A DNA stretch of 64,000 nt from Psilocybe cubensis (taxonomy: Eukaryota). This document shows positions 27,305 to 38,949 of the stretch, piece after piece. The notes below the pieces were generated by a model. It saw nothing but the letters and a program-made list of their open reading frames with translations, searched no databases and had not been told where the DNA came from. Every line of letters begins with the position of its first letter. The first letter of the stretch is position 1. A program made the position numbers and the translations under genes. The stretch is taken from contig CM039009.1 of NCBI GenBank assembly GCA_017499595.2, forward strand, positions 248,001 through 312,000. The letters run 5' to 3'.

Positions 27305-28585
27305 CTATGAGGGGTCCAGCACCGCAAGTCTGTCGGCACATTTAGCTATCTCTTGCCTCTTCTTTACAAACGTCGTAAACTCTCCACCTAGCATAACGGT
27401 CAAAGATCCATTTGAATGGCCCGATTTACTGATGACCGAATAAGCATCTTGGAAAGATGCCTTTACGTGGTTGATACCATAGGCTTTAGAACCCATGTCA
27501 ACAGAGGCATCGGCAGGATCGACGATACAGAGTAGGTATCGTTGAGTGTTGTACTTCGAGTACACAGACGTCTTCGTTGTATAAAAAGGTTTTGGCTCGA
27601 TAATAATGGCACACGAGTGATAGTCGAAATGATGTCCATAAAATGAAAGGAATCCCTTCAATGCCTCTCCATAGTATGACTGGAGAGAGTGCCCTGTATA
27701 GGAGGGGGATATAGATGTACGATCGGTAGGATACGTATTCGCGTATATTGAGAGATTTCCGAATGATGACATAATCGACGAGAGATGGTCTTCATCATCC
27801 GCCTTATGTGGTGTTTGCTTTCCCTTGATTTTTGGCCATTCAAGATTGACCCAGGCAACGATCATCCATACTAAAACGTAGGAGTTGATTCCTCCTGTAT
27901 ACGTCGACCCACATCTTCTAACCATCAGGAATGTTTTGACGACGAAAAACAACATCTTCACAATTTCTTCATCTTTCTTCATCCATTTCAAAACTGCATT
28001 GGTCGCATTAATCCCTCGTGAACCTCCATCCGAAAGGTCTATCTCAATCCCAGTGAGCTTATCAGTAACTTTGATTACGGGTATGGATGCAAGGAAGACA
28101 GTCTCCACTCTGCTGGCAAAACCAGAGCGAAGTATCTTGGGATAGAGGCTCTTGACATCGACATACGTCTAGAATGATGATCGTAGACTTCGTGGCTGTA
28201 TGACCATATCAACGTCGGATGTGGGTAAACAAAGTCCTGTAACAGAAGACCCAACCGAAACTACTGTGACCGTATCGTTTATCGATTCAATGAGAGTGGT
28301 GAAACGACTAATGACATCTTGACGGATGGCAATCTCCCGATCGGAGGGAGTCATATACTCCAGGAAATGTTTAATCTCCAAGCTTCATGAATTATTAATC
28401 TGTAATCAAGCTGAGTGTGACTGGAATTCAACATACGACAACGTTGTTGGTGATATTTGAGAACTCTTTGACCAAGGAGCCGTAGATTTTGATGTTCCCG
28501 CTTGTTCGAAGTCACCGCATAAAGGGATAGAAACTCCGGCATAGTCAGAGTAGCTTTTCATCCTGGTAGGTAGTCCGGACATCAT
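27305..28585 (-). pseudogene. Trf4/Cid1-like non-canonical poly(A)/terminal nucleotidyltransferase with one in-frame TAG (28169-28171)
   Basis: GSSVTGLCLPTSDVDM, IPVIK, IEIDLS, TGGINSY and PAP-associated LCIVDPADASVDMG; intron 28383-28436. ORFs 28381 and 28108 are in the same frame, separated only by the TAG. Confidence 0.8.
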
Positions 28586-30314
28586 GTTTCTCTTTAAAAT
28601 GAGAGATATGGGATGCATCAGGGAGTATAGTGATGTTAGTGCACAAGTGGCGCGAAGAATGGTGACGAAAAAATAAGCGCCGGAAGAGATCGCATGTTGA
28701 TTGAATGACGTGGCTCAGCTCGATATAGCTTATCGATTTACCCACGGCGACGGTGGCTCATTTGCAGCATCACTGAGAAAGGTTATATAAGACCAGAAGA
28801 TTGAAAAGAAGCAATAACCTATTTATAAATAAATGGCACAAACCATTTGTCTAGATATAGCTGGATGGCTACTGACCATGAAAACCAATTCCATAGTCGG
28901 TTAAAGAAAGCGAGCCTCACGCTCAAGTCATATATTCGTGCAAAATCATCACACACTTAAAAGGTCTTGGGTAATTGATTTTATGTAAACATGCAGATGA
29001 GCGCTTGAGAATGAGGTATCATGAGTGTTCAGCTATACTATTCCCGCATGTAGAAGAACCGTAAAATACTCATGTATACACAGAATTGTTCCACATTGAT
29101 CCATGGTTTCTGCATTTTCTAGATTTCTGATTGGAACTTGAAGTAAATCGAGTTGTTTGTCAAGTGATGAAAAATCTCTGTTAAGTAATCTCAAAGCAGA
29201 ATGCACTAGTGACCTTCGGGAAATAGCCAAGAAAAATGATAATGGAAATCATGTGAAGCCACGAAGAGGTTCGCGAACCTGGACCGTATACTCAATTGTA
29301 GAAAAGAAGCGTAAGAGAATGTGCAACAAGAATGCACAAAATACTACTATGTCCGTCCCCGGGGCCCGTATCTTGTGAGCAGACCTGCGTCAATGGCTCG
29401 GACCTTTTAAACAACGCTTAGCGCTAGGCCATCGGGTCAACCTGTAGAATGGGGACAAATATTCTCACTCATACTTGCCTTATGGCTTCCACTTTTATAT
29501 AAGAGACATACCTGAATATCACGCTGAACATGTTAGACATGCAGCCTCGGGAATGTAGTCCGTTCAAAACTTGCACTCTGCCACAGTTGGTCCCACACAT
29601 AACCGCAACTTTGATATGATATATCAAACTTTTTTTGCTCTAAGTCTGATATCTGTGGACGTTATAGCACAACGAAGTACAAAATGCTATAGCGCATTGA
29701 AATACCCCTCTTCGGATTTTGATTTATCCAGAGCTCGTAATAGACAGCCTATTGGAAGGTTTTATTGACAACGAAATTTTGAGGGTTCCCAAGTATAGGA
29801 CGAGATATAGCTTCTCAACAACGGGTATCATGTTGAGTAGTGTTAAGTTCCTTAGGTAACGGTACAGGAGCAACGCAGGTCGTACGACCAAAATGGGACT
29901 TCTTTGTCACAGATCTGGTAGTTTTATACCTATTCAATGGCCACCTTTCAGTGATATTAGAGAAGATGAACACAAGGCCATCCGCTTTCTCGCTCACTAC
30001 CGTTTAATATAGTGACCTGAGATAAAAGCTCCTGTAATGGGACCATCCATCCGATAAATAACCTACGAGTAGTCACTGATATTAAGGAATCCAAGGGCTG
30101 TAATGTCGGAGAGAAAACTGTATGGAGATTGAGAAGTGAACTCCACGTCTTTGACAACTTTGAGAAGGTTTAGGGTTACATAGAGTAGAAACAGGGACAT
30201 TTCATGCCATCCGAGCATCGGAAAATTAGTGGGGTTTGATCAGCTTTTGGCCATCGGCTGCCGACAGCATTATTTCAAACCCCGAAGTGATCCAAAGATT
30301 GAATGATGACAACC

Positions 30315-30362
30315 CTTGAAGCTTGAACCTTGAACCTTGAACCTTGAACCTTGAACCTTGAA
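30315..30362. repeat. Heptamer tandem repeat (CTTGAAC), about 7 copies
   Basis: Seen directly. Confidence 0.9.
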
Positions 30363-30934
30363 TTTATACGTCAAACAAACATGTTTTTACGCCTCTATCA
30401 CGATGTGCCACAGATATTTCCTCCTCTCGAAATAATATTTCACTGATAGAACACTAGCAATACAATGAAAACTCAAGCCATTCCCTTGGATCGGAAACCT
30501 CTTCGACCAACCTTCGTTTGAATCTGTGAGAGTGAGAACGGATGATTATTGATACGCAGAAACGCATTGAAAATATTTTATGGTAAAGGTATCAATCCAG
30601 ATTGAATCTCTTGTCATTCCAAATGCTTACTCGACGCTTCCATACACATCAGCCCGAACACAAACCCGAGTCGGACTTTCGATATCAACGGTCTCTTGGC
30701 ACGGGACATTCCAGAACCATTTACATTCGCCAAGCATGCAGGGCACTTTTTCAAAGTAGCGACGCTGTTGTTAACAACGGTGATTAAGGCGGCACTTGGG
30801 CTTCCACAGTATGAGAACTTGCAAAGCCCTCTTTTAAATCTACATATGTAAATATCTAATTATGCAATGGTGTTGATATCAAAAGATCAGTAAAGCTGTT
30901 AATTACAGTAAACTAACAAAAATGGGATGCTGGT

Positions 30935-32224
30935 TTATGGCTTATCTTTGAAAACGCTGCTCCCATATCCACCATCATCATCCACTTCTCGGTCGATGTT
31001 GACATGAATTCGCTTCATGGGAATGCTGCCTATCGTTTGCACTGGGTTATGAGTATGACCATTCGAGGTTTGCATTGTCTTCATGTTCTCCGCTGCCGAT
31101 TGTAACTTGATACGGACAGTGATGGAATTAAATGTGATAGCCTGTTGATTCATGAGCGAAGGCCAAAATGGAATCAAATATAACAAAATATTTACAACGA
31201 CCGGCGTTACCGACTCCAACAAAATGTACTGAGCATCGATATTGCTGCAGTACAGTGCCAGGAGCACAATTTCTATTATGAGCTGTAGAGCGGCCGACTC
31301 CACCAAGATTCGCAAAATAGAGAGCAGCCGTCCTTGTCCAACGTTGTAATTTGCAGATCGTTTATGTGTGATATAAATTCGCCAACCCATCAAAGCCGTG
31401 GTAATAATGTTGAGGACAACTGCAACGGAATAGAACGTTTTAATCCACTGAGTGAGACGTGGAAGGAAGACCGTTGCAGTAGGGTCAACCGATGAATAAG
31501 TTCCGCATACAACATAGCCGGCACCTAGTTGCAAAGTAAACAACATTGCACATTCGAAGAAAGCAGAACCGTTATGCGTACCGATGTTAACCAGAAGTAG
31601 AACGACGGGAAGCAATATGACCCGGTAGTCGAAGTTCCACAAAACCCATGCACGGTAGATCTTTTCATAACATGAGATTCCGTAAATGATCATGGCTGGA
31701 ATGACGTACCGCGGCAGCGCTGCCTAGATTTTCCTGTGTTGCATAGATCGTATCTTTCAGGATGTGATCCCAGAGCTTTAGGTTTCCGATATAACCAACA
31801 GGACCTCCAGGCGATAGTCGATTATCTGCATATCCACGAAGAAGTCGATATCCGTTCATAGACAAATGGAAGGTCGCCATAAAAAACATGAAGGCAGAGA
31901 TCACAATCATACTCTATTTAACAGTGAGCTACAATTTAGCAATCCTTCTCTGCGAAAACGTCCAGGCTTACCGTAGTGTGTCGATCGCGTCTGGATCCGG
32001 TTCGACTGTAATTCGGCGAGAAATAAACATACATTGTTGCGCCGAACAGACAACAGAGGAACCCTAGGTGCCGTCGGTTTAATGCAATGTTTAAACTTCT
32101 ATGAACATACCATATACGATTCCCTGGAGCGAACGATTCATATCGACATAAAATAACATTTTATTATGCTCACCTCGATGAACGTCGCCAGCAGGAAGGT
32201 CTTTTCGAGTGAGAGTTGTCCCAT
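30935..32224 (-). CDS. Seven-TM-like integral membrane protein of an expanded Agaricomycete family
   Basis: MGQLSLEKTFLLATFIE, IYRAWVLWN, NIITTALMGWRI and RILVESAAL motifs; several GT-AG introns. Confidence 0.85.
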
Positions 32225-33319
32225 TGTAGTAGATAGCGAGGGTGTGACAGCTCTGGATACAATAAGAGTTTGCAGCAGGCTGTTATATCGAAACGAAGAC
32301 TAGTAGGAAAATCAGAACGAACGGATTCGGAGAAATGGGTTCTCCAAGGCTCAGTTTTGCTAAGGCAAGGATATATAAGTAATACATTCGAAAATTTGCC
32401 ATCAGATTTGCTTCCTATATCCATGCAGCATTGGCGGATGCTATGGGCCAATGCCATCTTTGGTCCCGAAGGATTTTCTTTACAATCTGTCAGTCTGACA
32501 AGGGTTGTTGACCTACATGCCAGTTAGTCAATCCACAGCGACACTAGCGATTGAGGCGTGTGATTCGGATCCTGAATACATACTGTCATTATTAGTGGTA
32601 TATTCATTGCGCGCCGCTTCTGAATCGTTTGAAAAAGTGAAATACGAAGTGAATCACTAGTTTTTGAAAACGAAGGTTAGATAACCTTTAATGCGTATGA
32701 TAGAAATTGAGACATGGTTCGCTTATGGAATACATTGCGACGACATCAAAAACTCAGCATTTCGGAGGCTGAACGGAAACTGTTTCATCGAGACCGAATG
32801 GATTACTGTGTCCGCCGGACGCGCGGACATCCGGCGGACGGACAGGGGCACGTGACTTACTGCACATACCGTGTATTCTCAGTACATTGCGTAGATTAGA
32901 TAGCAATAAAACATTTTGAGCAAACTTGTTAGATATATTAACGTCGAACGCGACTGGTACAACATGTAACGTAACAAGTCGTGTCTATGAAAAGACCGCG
33001 CACTAGCGCAGTCTCGTTATGATAATATTTTGAAGTGTGCGTCTGTGGCTTTTACCCTTTTATTCTACTAGTATACTAGTCAAGTAAACCACAATATATC
33101 AGTTAGGAGCTCATGGGTGTAAGGCCTGTTGAATGACTTTCTTTCACAGTACATGTATTTCACACAAAACCATATTTTTCTATGTACCTGCATTCATTTG
33201 TTATCATTTACTATTGCCCTCTATAAATTCAACTCAGCTGCTAGATTTTTTCTCGCAGTCTCTTCATCTCCAACCACCACCATCCACTGCCATCCACCAC
33301 CATTTCCCTACCTTTTACT

Positions 33320-33963
33320 ATGTCTTTCATCATGCTCATCAACTTCTATATCTATGTTAAGAAGTATCTGAAGCTCTGGCTCTTGAATATCACCTACTGT
33401 CTGGGTATTCTTCTGGTCTTTTTATTTGGGGGGTTGGGTTACCTCTCCTTGTGGTTTTTTAATGGCATCCTCAAGTACTTGGGTGGAGAACCTATCCAAA
33501 CCTTTTCTGAGTTTGTGGCTAGTCTGGAAAGAGTGGAATAGGATGTTGAGTTGGATACTCTTCCTCAAGGTAAGTCTCCCTTTTTTGTCCAACTTATCCT
33601 TATTTCCTACAGATTCTATCACTCCTGCACTTGCTCCTGCGCCGTCCGTTGTCGACTCGCGCAAATTCCCTGCACTGTACTCGCACGAATTTCAGGCTGG
33701 TTAGGCCGATTTTTCTTGTCTTTTTCTTTTTTTTAATTTTGGCCACTTTTCTCTAGACATCAATACCCCGCCTGTCTAATCTCCCCCAAACGACTATTTT
33801 CCGCTCAATCGACTCGCGCAAATTGCTAGAAGGTAACAATGTTATGTTGTATTTCTCTTTTTTTTTTGGTTTTCTAACTTTCGCCCCTCAGCCGTATCAA
33901 TACTCGAACGGTCATCAAACGGATCCTCCTGTTTATCAACGAGCGCCGCTACATCTCCCTTGA
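33320..33963 (+). pseudogene. Small spliced membrane-protein gene inside the element, with premature stops
   Basis: Hydrophobic exon; TAG at 33539 followed in frame by DVELDTLPQ and a GTAAGT donor at 33570; further GT-AG introns. Confidence 0.45.
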
Positions 33964-34323
33964 TTAATGTTTTGTAACTTGTTTTTTGTTATATTACCCT
34001 GTTCTCATATTCTTTCATGACGTTATTTTCTTGGACATGTTTTCGTAATGTTTTCTTGTTGTGTTACACATCTATTCTTGTATATACCTGCTGTCACTGC
34101 TCTCTTGGACCTTTAGACCCCATTTCCATTACCTTTCTACAATAACCATCAGTATATATAGAAAAAAAAGTTCTTAATACATACATATATTTTGTGAAAA
34201 ACAACTGTTTTCAAGAACAACATAACATAAAACATATGTTGAACATGTTTTTTCAAAAACATATGTTGAAAATATGTTTTATGTTTTCCAAAACCAAACA
34301 TATGTTTTCAAAAACATCATCTT

Positions 34324-34937
34324 TGGTGGTGGAAAAACAACGGTGGGTAGACATACGTCTGCCGTACCATCGCGGTGGTGGGTAGACAGCACCACTGCGG
34401 TGGTGGGTAGACAGTACCACTGCGGTGGTGGATAGACATACATCTGCCGTACCACTGCGGTGGTGGGTAGACATACATCTGCCGTACCACTGCGGTGGTG
34501 GGTAGACATACATCTTCCGTACCACTGCGGTGGTGGGTAGACATACATCTTCCGTACTACTGCGGTGGTGGATAGACATACGTCTGCCGTACCACTGCGG
34601 TGGTGGGTAGACATACATCTTCCGTACCACTGCGGTGGTGGGTAGACATACATCTTCCGTACTACTGCGGTGGTGGATAGACATACGTCTGCCGTACCAC
34701 TGCGGTGGTGGGTAGACATATGTCTGCCGTACCACTGCAGTGGTGGATAGACATACATCTTCCGTACTACTGCGGTAGTGGGTAGACATACATCTGCTGT
34801 ACCATTGCGGTGGTGGGTAGACATACATCTGCTGTACCATTGCGGTGGTGGGTAGACATCTGCCGTACCATTGTGGTGGTGGGTAGACATACATCTGCCG
34901 TACCATTGCGGTGGTGGGTAGACATACATCTGCCGTG
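34324..34937. repeat. 35-bp minisatellite CCGTACCACTGCGGTGGTGGGTAGACATACATCT(G/T); ~14 full units plus several partial ones
   Basis: Unit starts at 34447, 34482, 34517, 34552 and so on. Confidence 0.97.
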
Positions 34938-37140
34938 AATCCAATTGCCGCATCTTTCTTAGAACATGCAAAAATCCACAGTTTCCCACCAACCTGGGTT
35001 TCAACGAAGGTTCCCAAGCCGTTACTGTTGATGTGCCAGCCGTGCCAGGCACCTTCTGAAGCCGCTAGTCCCCAGCGTGTGTGCGCTGCATTAAAGGGCA
35101 TTGGCATCATCCAATCCCCCATCGTGGCATAAAGCGCAGTATAATCAGTGCTTTCATTGGCATTGGGATATCCAAGTAGTTGACAATTTTATTCAAGGTT
35201 TCGTTCTCAACAGCATTGTGTAGCTGTTGCAACGTCCCCTGTCGGAGACAAGCGTTCAGGTTACCTCCCTCTGAAGCGAGGGACTGGTCTGCAAGTGGCA
35301 TGTTAGCAGCAACAAAACACAAGATCTGACAAATTACACATACCAGAGACAGTCCTTACAGTGGTAGGAGATCCCAGGCAAACCATTAGACAAAGGCGGC
35401 GGGGCGGGGTTAGAAGATTCCCCAGCTTCTTTGCCTTTACTGTTCTGCTTTTCTCCATCCTCACTGCCTTTCCTTTCTTCCTGGCTTCCCTCACTCTTCT
35501 CAGTGTTGCCCTTGCCCTCGCTGCCTTCATCGTCACTTTTCTCAGTATCGCCCTTGCTGTCACTGTCCTGTTTCTCATTCTCAAGTTCACCAAAGTTTTT
35601 TGGTGTGGGTTTTTTGCCATCCTTGTTGCCCTTGTCATCATTGTCTTGCGTGTCATCCTGGGTCTCCGCACTTCCTGACACGGTGGAATTTGGTAGTTGA
35701 ACTCCCATGTCTATGTCCTTCTGAACCCCCTCATTGTTACTTTGCGTCTTCTCTCCGTCCCTCTCCACATCACCCGTGTCTCCCTGCCTTTCAATGGGTG
35801 TCTTTAAAGGTTCCGAGGACAGATGTGGAACCCCCGCATCGGTACCTTGCGTATTCTCTTCGTCCATCTCGACGTCACCCGTGTCCATTTCCACATTGTG
35901 GTCTGTGTTATCAACGTGTCCCATGATGCTTTTGTTGTTTGTGTCTATGGAGTCCCCCTCCTCCTAGTTTCCTCCAACGGTGTCATCCTTTTTATTTTCA
36001 AGATCCTTCTTGTCTTTCCCTTCCACTTCCACGGTATCATTATTGTCGTCGTCGTGGTCATACATTTGTAGTTGCAAAATAGTTCGGGGGATTGAGGATG
36101 AAGTGAGCCCTGATATAGCTGAAATACAACATTAGCATTCCAAAAAAAGCTAAGAATGCAGGCATTTACGATCAAAATAACGGACTGCAACATGTCCTAA
36201 AGGTGTACATTCCCACTTCATCCATTCTGGTGATGAAACTAATTTGATAAGCTCCTGGACTGCGTCCCCATGACAGGCTATGTTCCAAATTGCACTCTAC
36301 ACCGCTGTTTCCACCTTGATTAGTAGGGCCAGTTTGTCGTTCCCTGAGGATACGCATATTTGCCACAAGTCAACCTGGCTCACGGCCTTTTTGTACAGAC
36401 AAGTAGTGTTGAAAAGGTAAAGCGGGGAGATTAGCAATGCGAGCTGCAGAGGTACGCGGACATTACGACTCCACTATTTTGTCAGAAGTGCTTGGACCTG
36501 ACCATGGATAGGCAGAGTGCAATCGTTGTTGCTCAGCCTTTGCAACACGACTGCCAGGTCATTCTCCATATTCGGTGGGTGCAACTGTTTGCCATCCATT
36601 TCCATTAAAGCCACTAGATGCAGGGCCGCCGCTTCAAAGTTACCGATTATGTTTGAATAATTTCTCGACACGTTTGTTTGAGCCAAGGCTAACAATAACC
36701 TGATGGCCATTGACGCGCTTGCTGGTGTTTGTGTCGCTGTCGTTCTCTCGCAGTAATTTATCAAAGTTTCTCTGGCAGTCTTGAGTATAGACGGCCAGTT
36801 TCATAGTTCGTCCCAACCCTATAGTATGGTACAGCATTGGTGAGCAATGGAATATATTTCCTTCACACAAGGATTTTACCTTGAAACCTTGAACCATTTG
36901 TTCTGTCCAAGAGCGGGACTTTGCCGCATTCACATTGACAGGCAAAATTCCATTTAAACCCATTACAGAAGGGGTCATGCAAACCTGGTCTATTAGGCAA
37001 TACTGTGCCAATGCAGTTGTGGCGAGGTCGTAGCAAGGACCCTTCCGTGGCGGCTCCATGTTTGACCCATGATATTCCAACAGGTAACGCGTGTTGGCGG
37101 TGTTTGTATCACTGTCCCTGATTAAATGAGTTTTGTACAT
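34938..37140 (-). pseudogene. Decayed, 3'-truncated JmjC-like (cupin-fold dioxygenase) gene preceded by an acidic linker
   Basis: RWGLAASEGAWHGWHINSNGLGTFVETQVGGKLW resembles the JmjC HxD...GxKxW core. Upstream are a D/E/K-rich segment and a PLQLALLISPLYL block, with frame breaks. Confidence 0.65.
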
Positions 37141-37621
37141 TTCAATCCGCTGGGAAAGAGACTGAGGGCGCTTGTTATTAAGCTTTGCAAAGATGATTAA
37201 TGGTTAAAATTACTTACATACAAGGGGTGTCCTTGCTGTATATGATGCGCAAATGGTTTAAATACCACCCTTGTCAAAAATGCGTATTCCTTAATTCATA
37301 GGAACTGGCAGCGGGTGGGGGTGTCTGCTTTTGGGATTATTCCATTGGGATTATTCCAGCATACACCTTTTTTTTGGCAGTTACTCACTTGTGTTGGAAT
37401 CCATTTTACTTCTTTTAACTTTAAACCGGAGTGGTATTATTCTTTGTAACATATACTAAACTATTATACTGGATTATACTCTAACTGTAGTGTATACTTA
37501 GTGTGCCCCTATGATATAACGTTGAGGGAAAAGAAGAAGTCATAAGTCAGAGATCAGTGTACGTACTCAACACTTTAGGGTAGGGCACCCCAACTAATGG
37601 CAAAAATAGGCACGCGTAATG

Positions 37622-37847
37622 GCTGTGACCTCATCATATCCCAGGAATATGATGAGGTCAACGCTGTGACCTCATCATATTCCTGGGATATGATGAGGTC
37701 ACAGCGGTGACATCAGCATTTTCCTGACCTCAACATTTTTGATATGATGAGGTCAACGCTGTGACCTCATCATATTCCAGGGATATGATGAGGTCACAGC
37801 GGTGACATCAGCATTTTCCTGACCTCAACATTTTCCTGGGATATGCT
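37622..37847. repeat. Nested palindromic repeat cluster (TGACCTCATCATAT-n-ATATGATGAGGTCA)
   Basis: 37622-37660 is the exact reverse complement of 37667-37705; a further hairpin copy starts near 37758. Confidence 0.95.
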
Positions 37848-38614
37848 GGTAGAACCAGGGAGGGTTCTTGCAAGGAAACACCCCAACCGATACATGAGGT
37901 ATCAGCAGGGTGTGTGCAAAGGCTCAAGCCGGGGGAAGTTGTATGTACGGAATGCACTATGTAGTAAACGAGCATGGACATAAATAATAGGCTAAACTCT
38001 CATCTTCGACGACTTTGTTAGTTAGGAAAGGGATAGAGACGATGTAAAAACGAGGAGTTTCAAGTCTCTTGTCCAGTCGTCACCAGCTAATGCTAAGGCT
38101 GGTACTTGGTGATATGCTGATGTCAAAGCAATTTTTTATATATATATTTATCTTTGTTGACGTTGTTGTGGTGAGAATTACTTGCGTAGATCCACCACTG
38201 GAGTGATGGTAGTGATATTTATAAAAGATTTTTGACATGTTTGGGTAGAAATCTGTTAATTCATTGTGTACATTGATACAACAGTGCAGTGAGATATGTT
38301 ATCTAAGGTGAATGGAATTACCGTGTCTTGGAAGCGTGTGGTGAACTGCTACAACATATATTTGTAAGACATCCACCTCGGTGATTTACACAAAGGGGAG
38401 ATAAGCCACTGCTATGCTGGGGGAAAGGTGTTGCCTGCCAGAACCTCAGTGGTTGCGCCAACATAATCGTGGTCAGCCCTGAGGTGGCGGAATAAACATG
38501 TCAGTGGCTATCACTGGAGTGGTGGTGTACACCTGCTTTGTGCCATAACCACAGTGGCGGGCCTGACATCTGTTGGACCTCCAACCCAGTGGTGAAATCC
38601 GCCGGATGTTGTCA

Positions 38615-38840
38615 ACCACCGCGGGGGTGGCTCAAGGTTGGCTGATCCTGCCACCGCGGTGGTGGAATATGGTTGCCTGATCCTGCCACCGCAGTGGTGG
38701 AATATGGCTGCCTGATCCTGCCACCGCGGTGGTGGAATATGGCTGCCTGATCCTGCCACCGCGGTGGTGGAACATGGCTGCCTGATCATGCCACCGCGGT
38801 GGTGTCTTAAATCAGGCAAATCTGACCACCGCGGTGGTCA
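38615..38840. repeat. Second 35-bp array CTGCCTGATCCTGCCACCGCGGTGGTGGAATATGG; ~5 units plus degenerate cores
   Basis: Seen directly, next to the right TIR. Confidence 0.95.
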
Positions 38841-38949
38841 CGTGGGTCACGTGCTGTCCGGCGGACAGATTTATCCGGCGGATATATAATTTATAATAAT
38901 CCATTCAATCTGGTTTCATCTCGTAAGCTCGCTATGACAGCCTGTGAAT

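Larger units (their letters stand above)
32790..38912. mobile_element. 6.1-kb TIR DNA transposon, non-autonomous or decayed, with an 8-bp target-site duplication
   Basis: GTTTCATC at 32782-32789 and 38913-38920. Termini GAGACCGAATGGATTA vs (reverse complement) CAGATTGAATGGATTA, 13/16 identical. Subterminal TCCGCCGGA and CACGTGAC motifs are inverted at the two ends. Confidence 0.8.

Noticed and set aside
29033-30210. Short ORFs between the Trf4-like and 7TM genes
   Set aside because: No recognisable motif or consistent splice model.
34324-34937. CRISPR-like array (35-bp palindromic repeats)
   Set aside because: Units are head-to-tail with no unique spacers, there are no cas genes, and the context is eukaryotic.
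34253-35052. Long repeat-peptide ORFs (YVYPPPQW, STHHRSG), and the similar ORF at 38511-38819
   Set aside because: They arise from translating stop-poor 35-bp arrays, and the same peptide appears in several frames.
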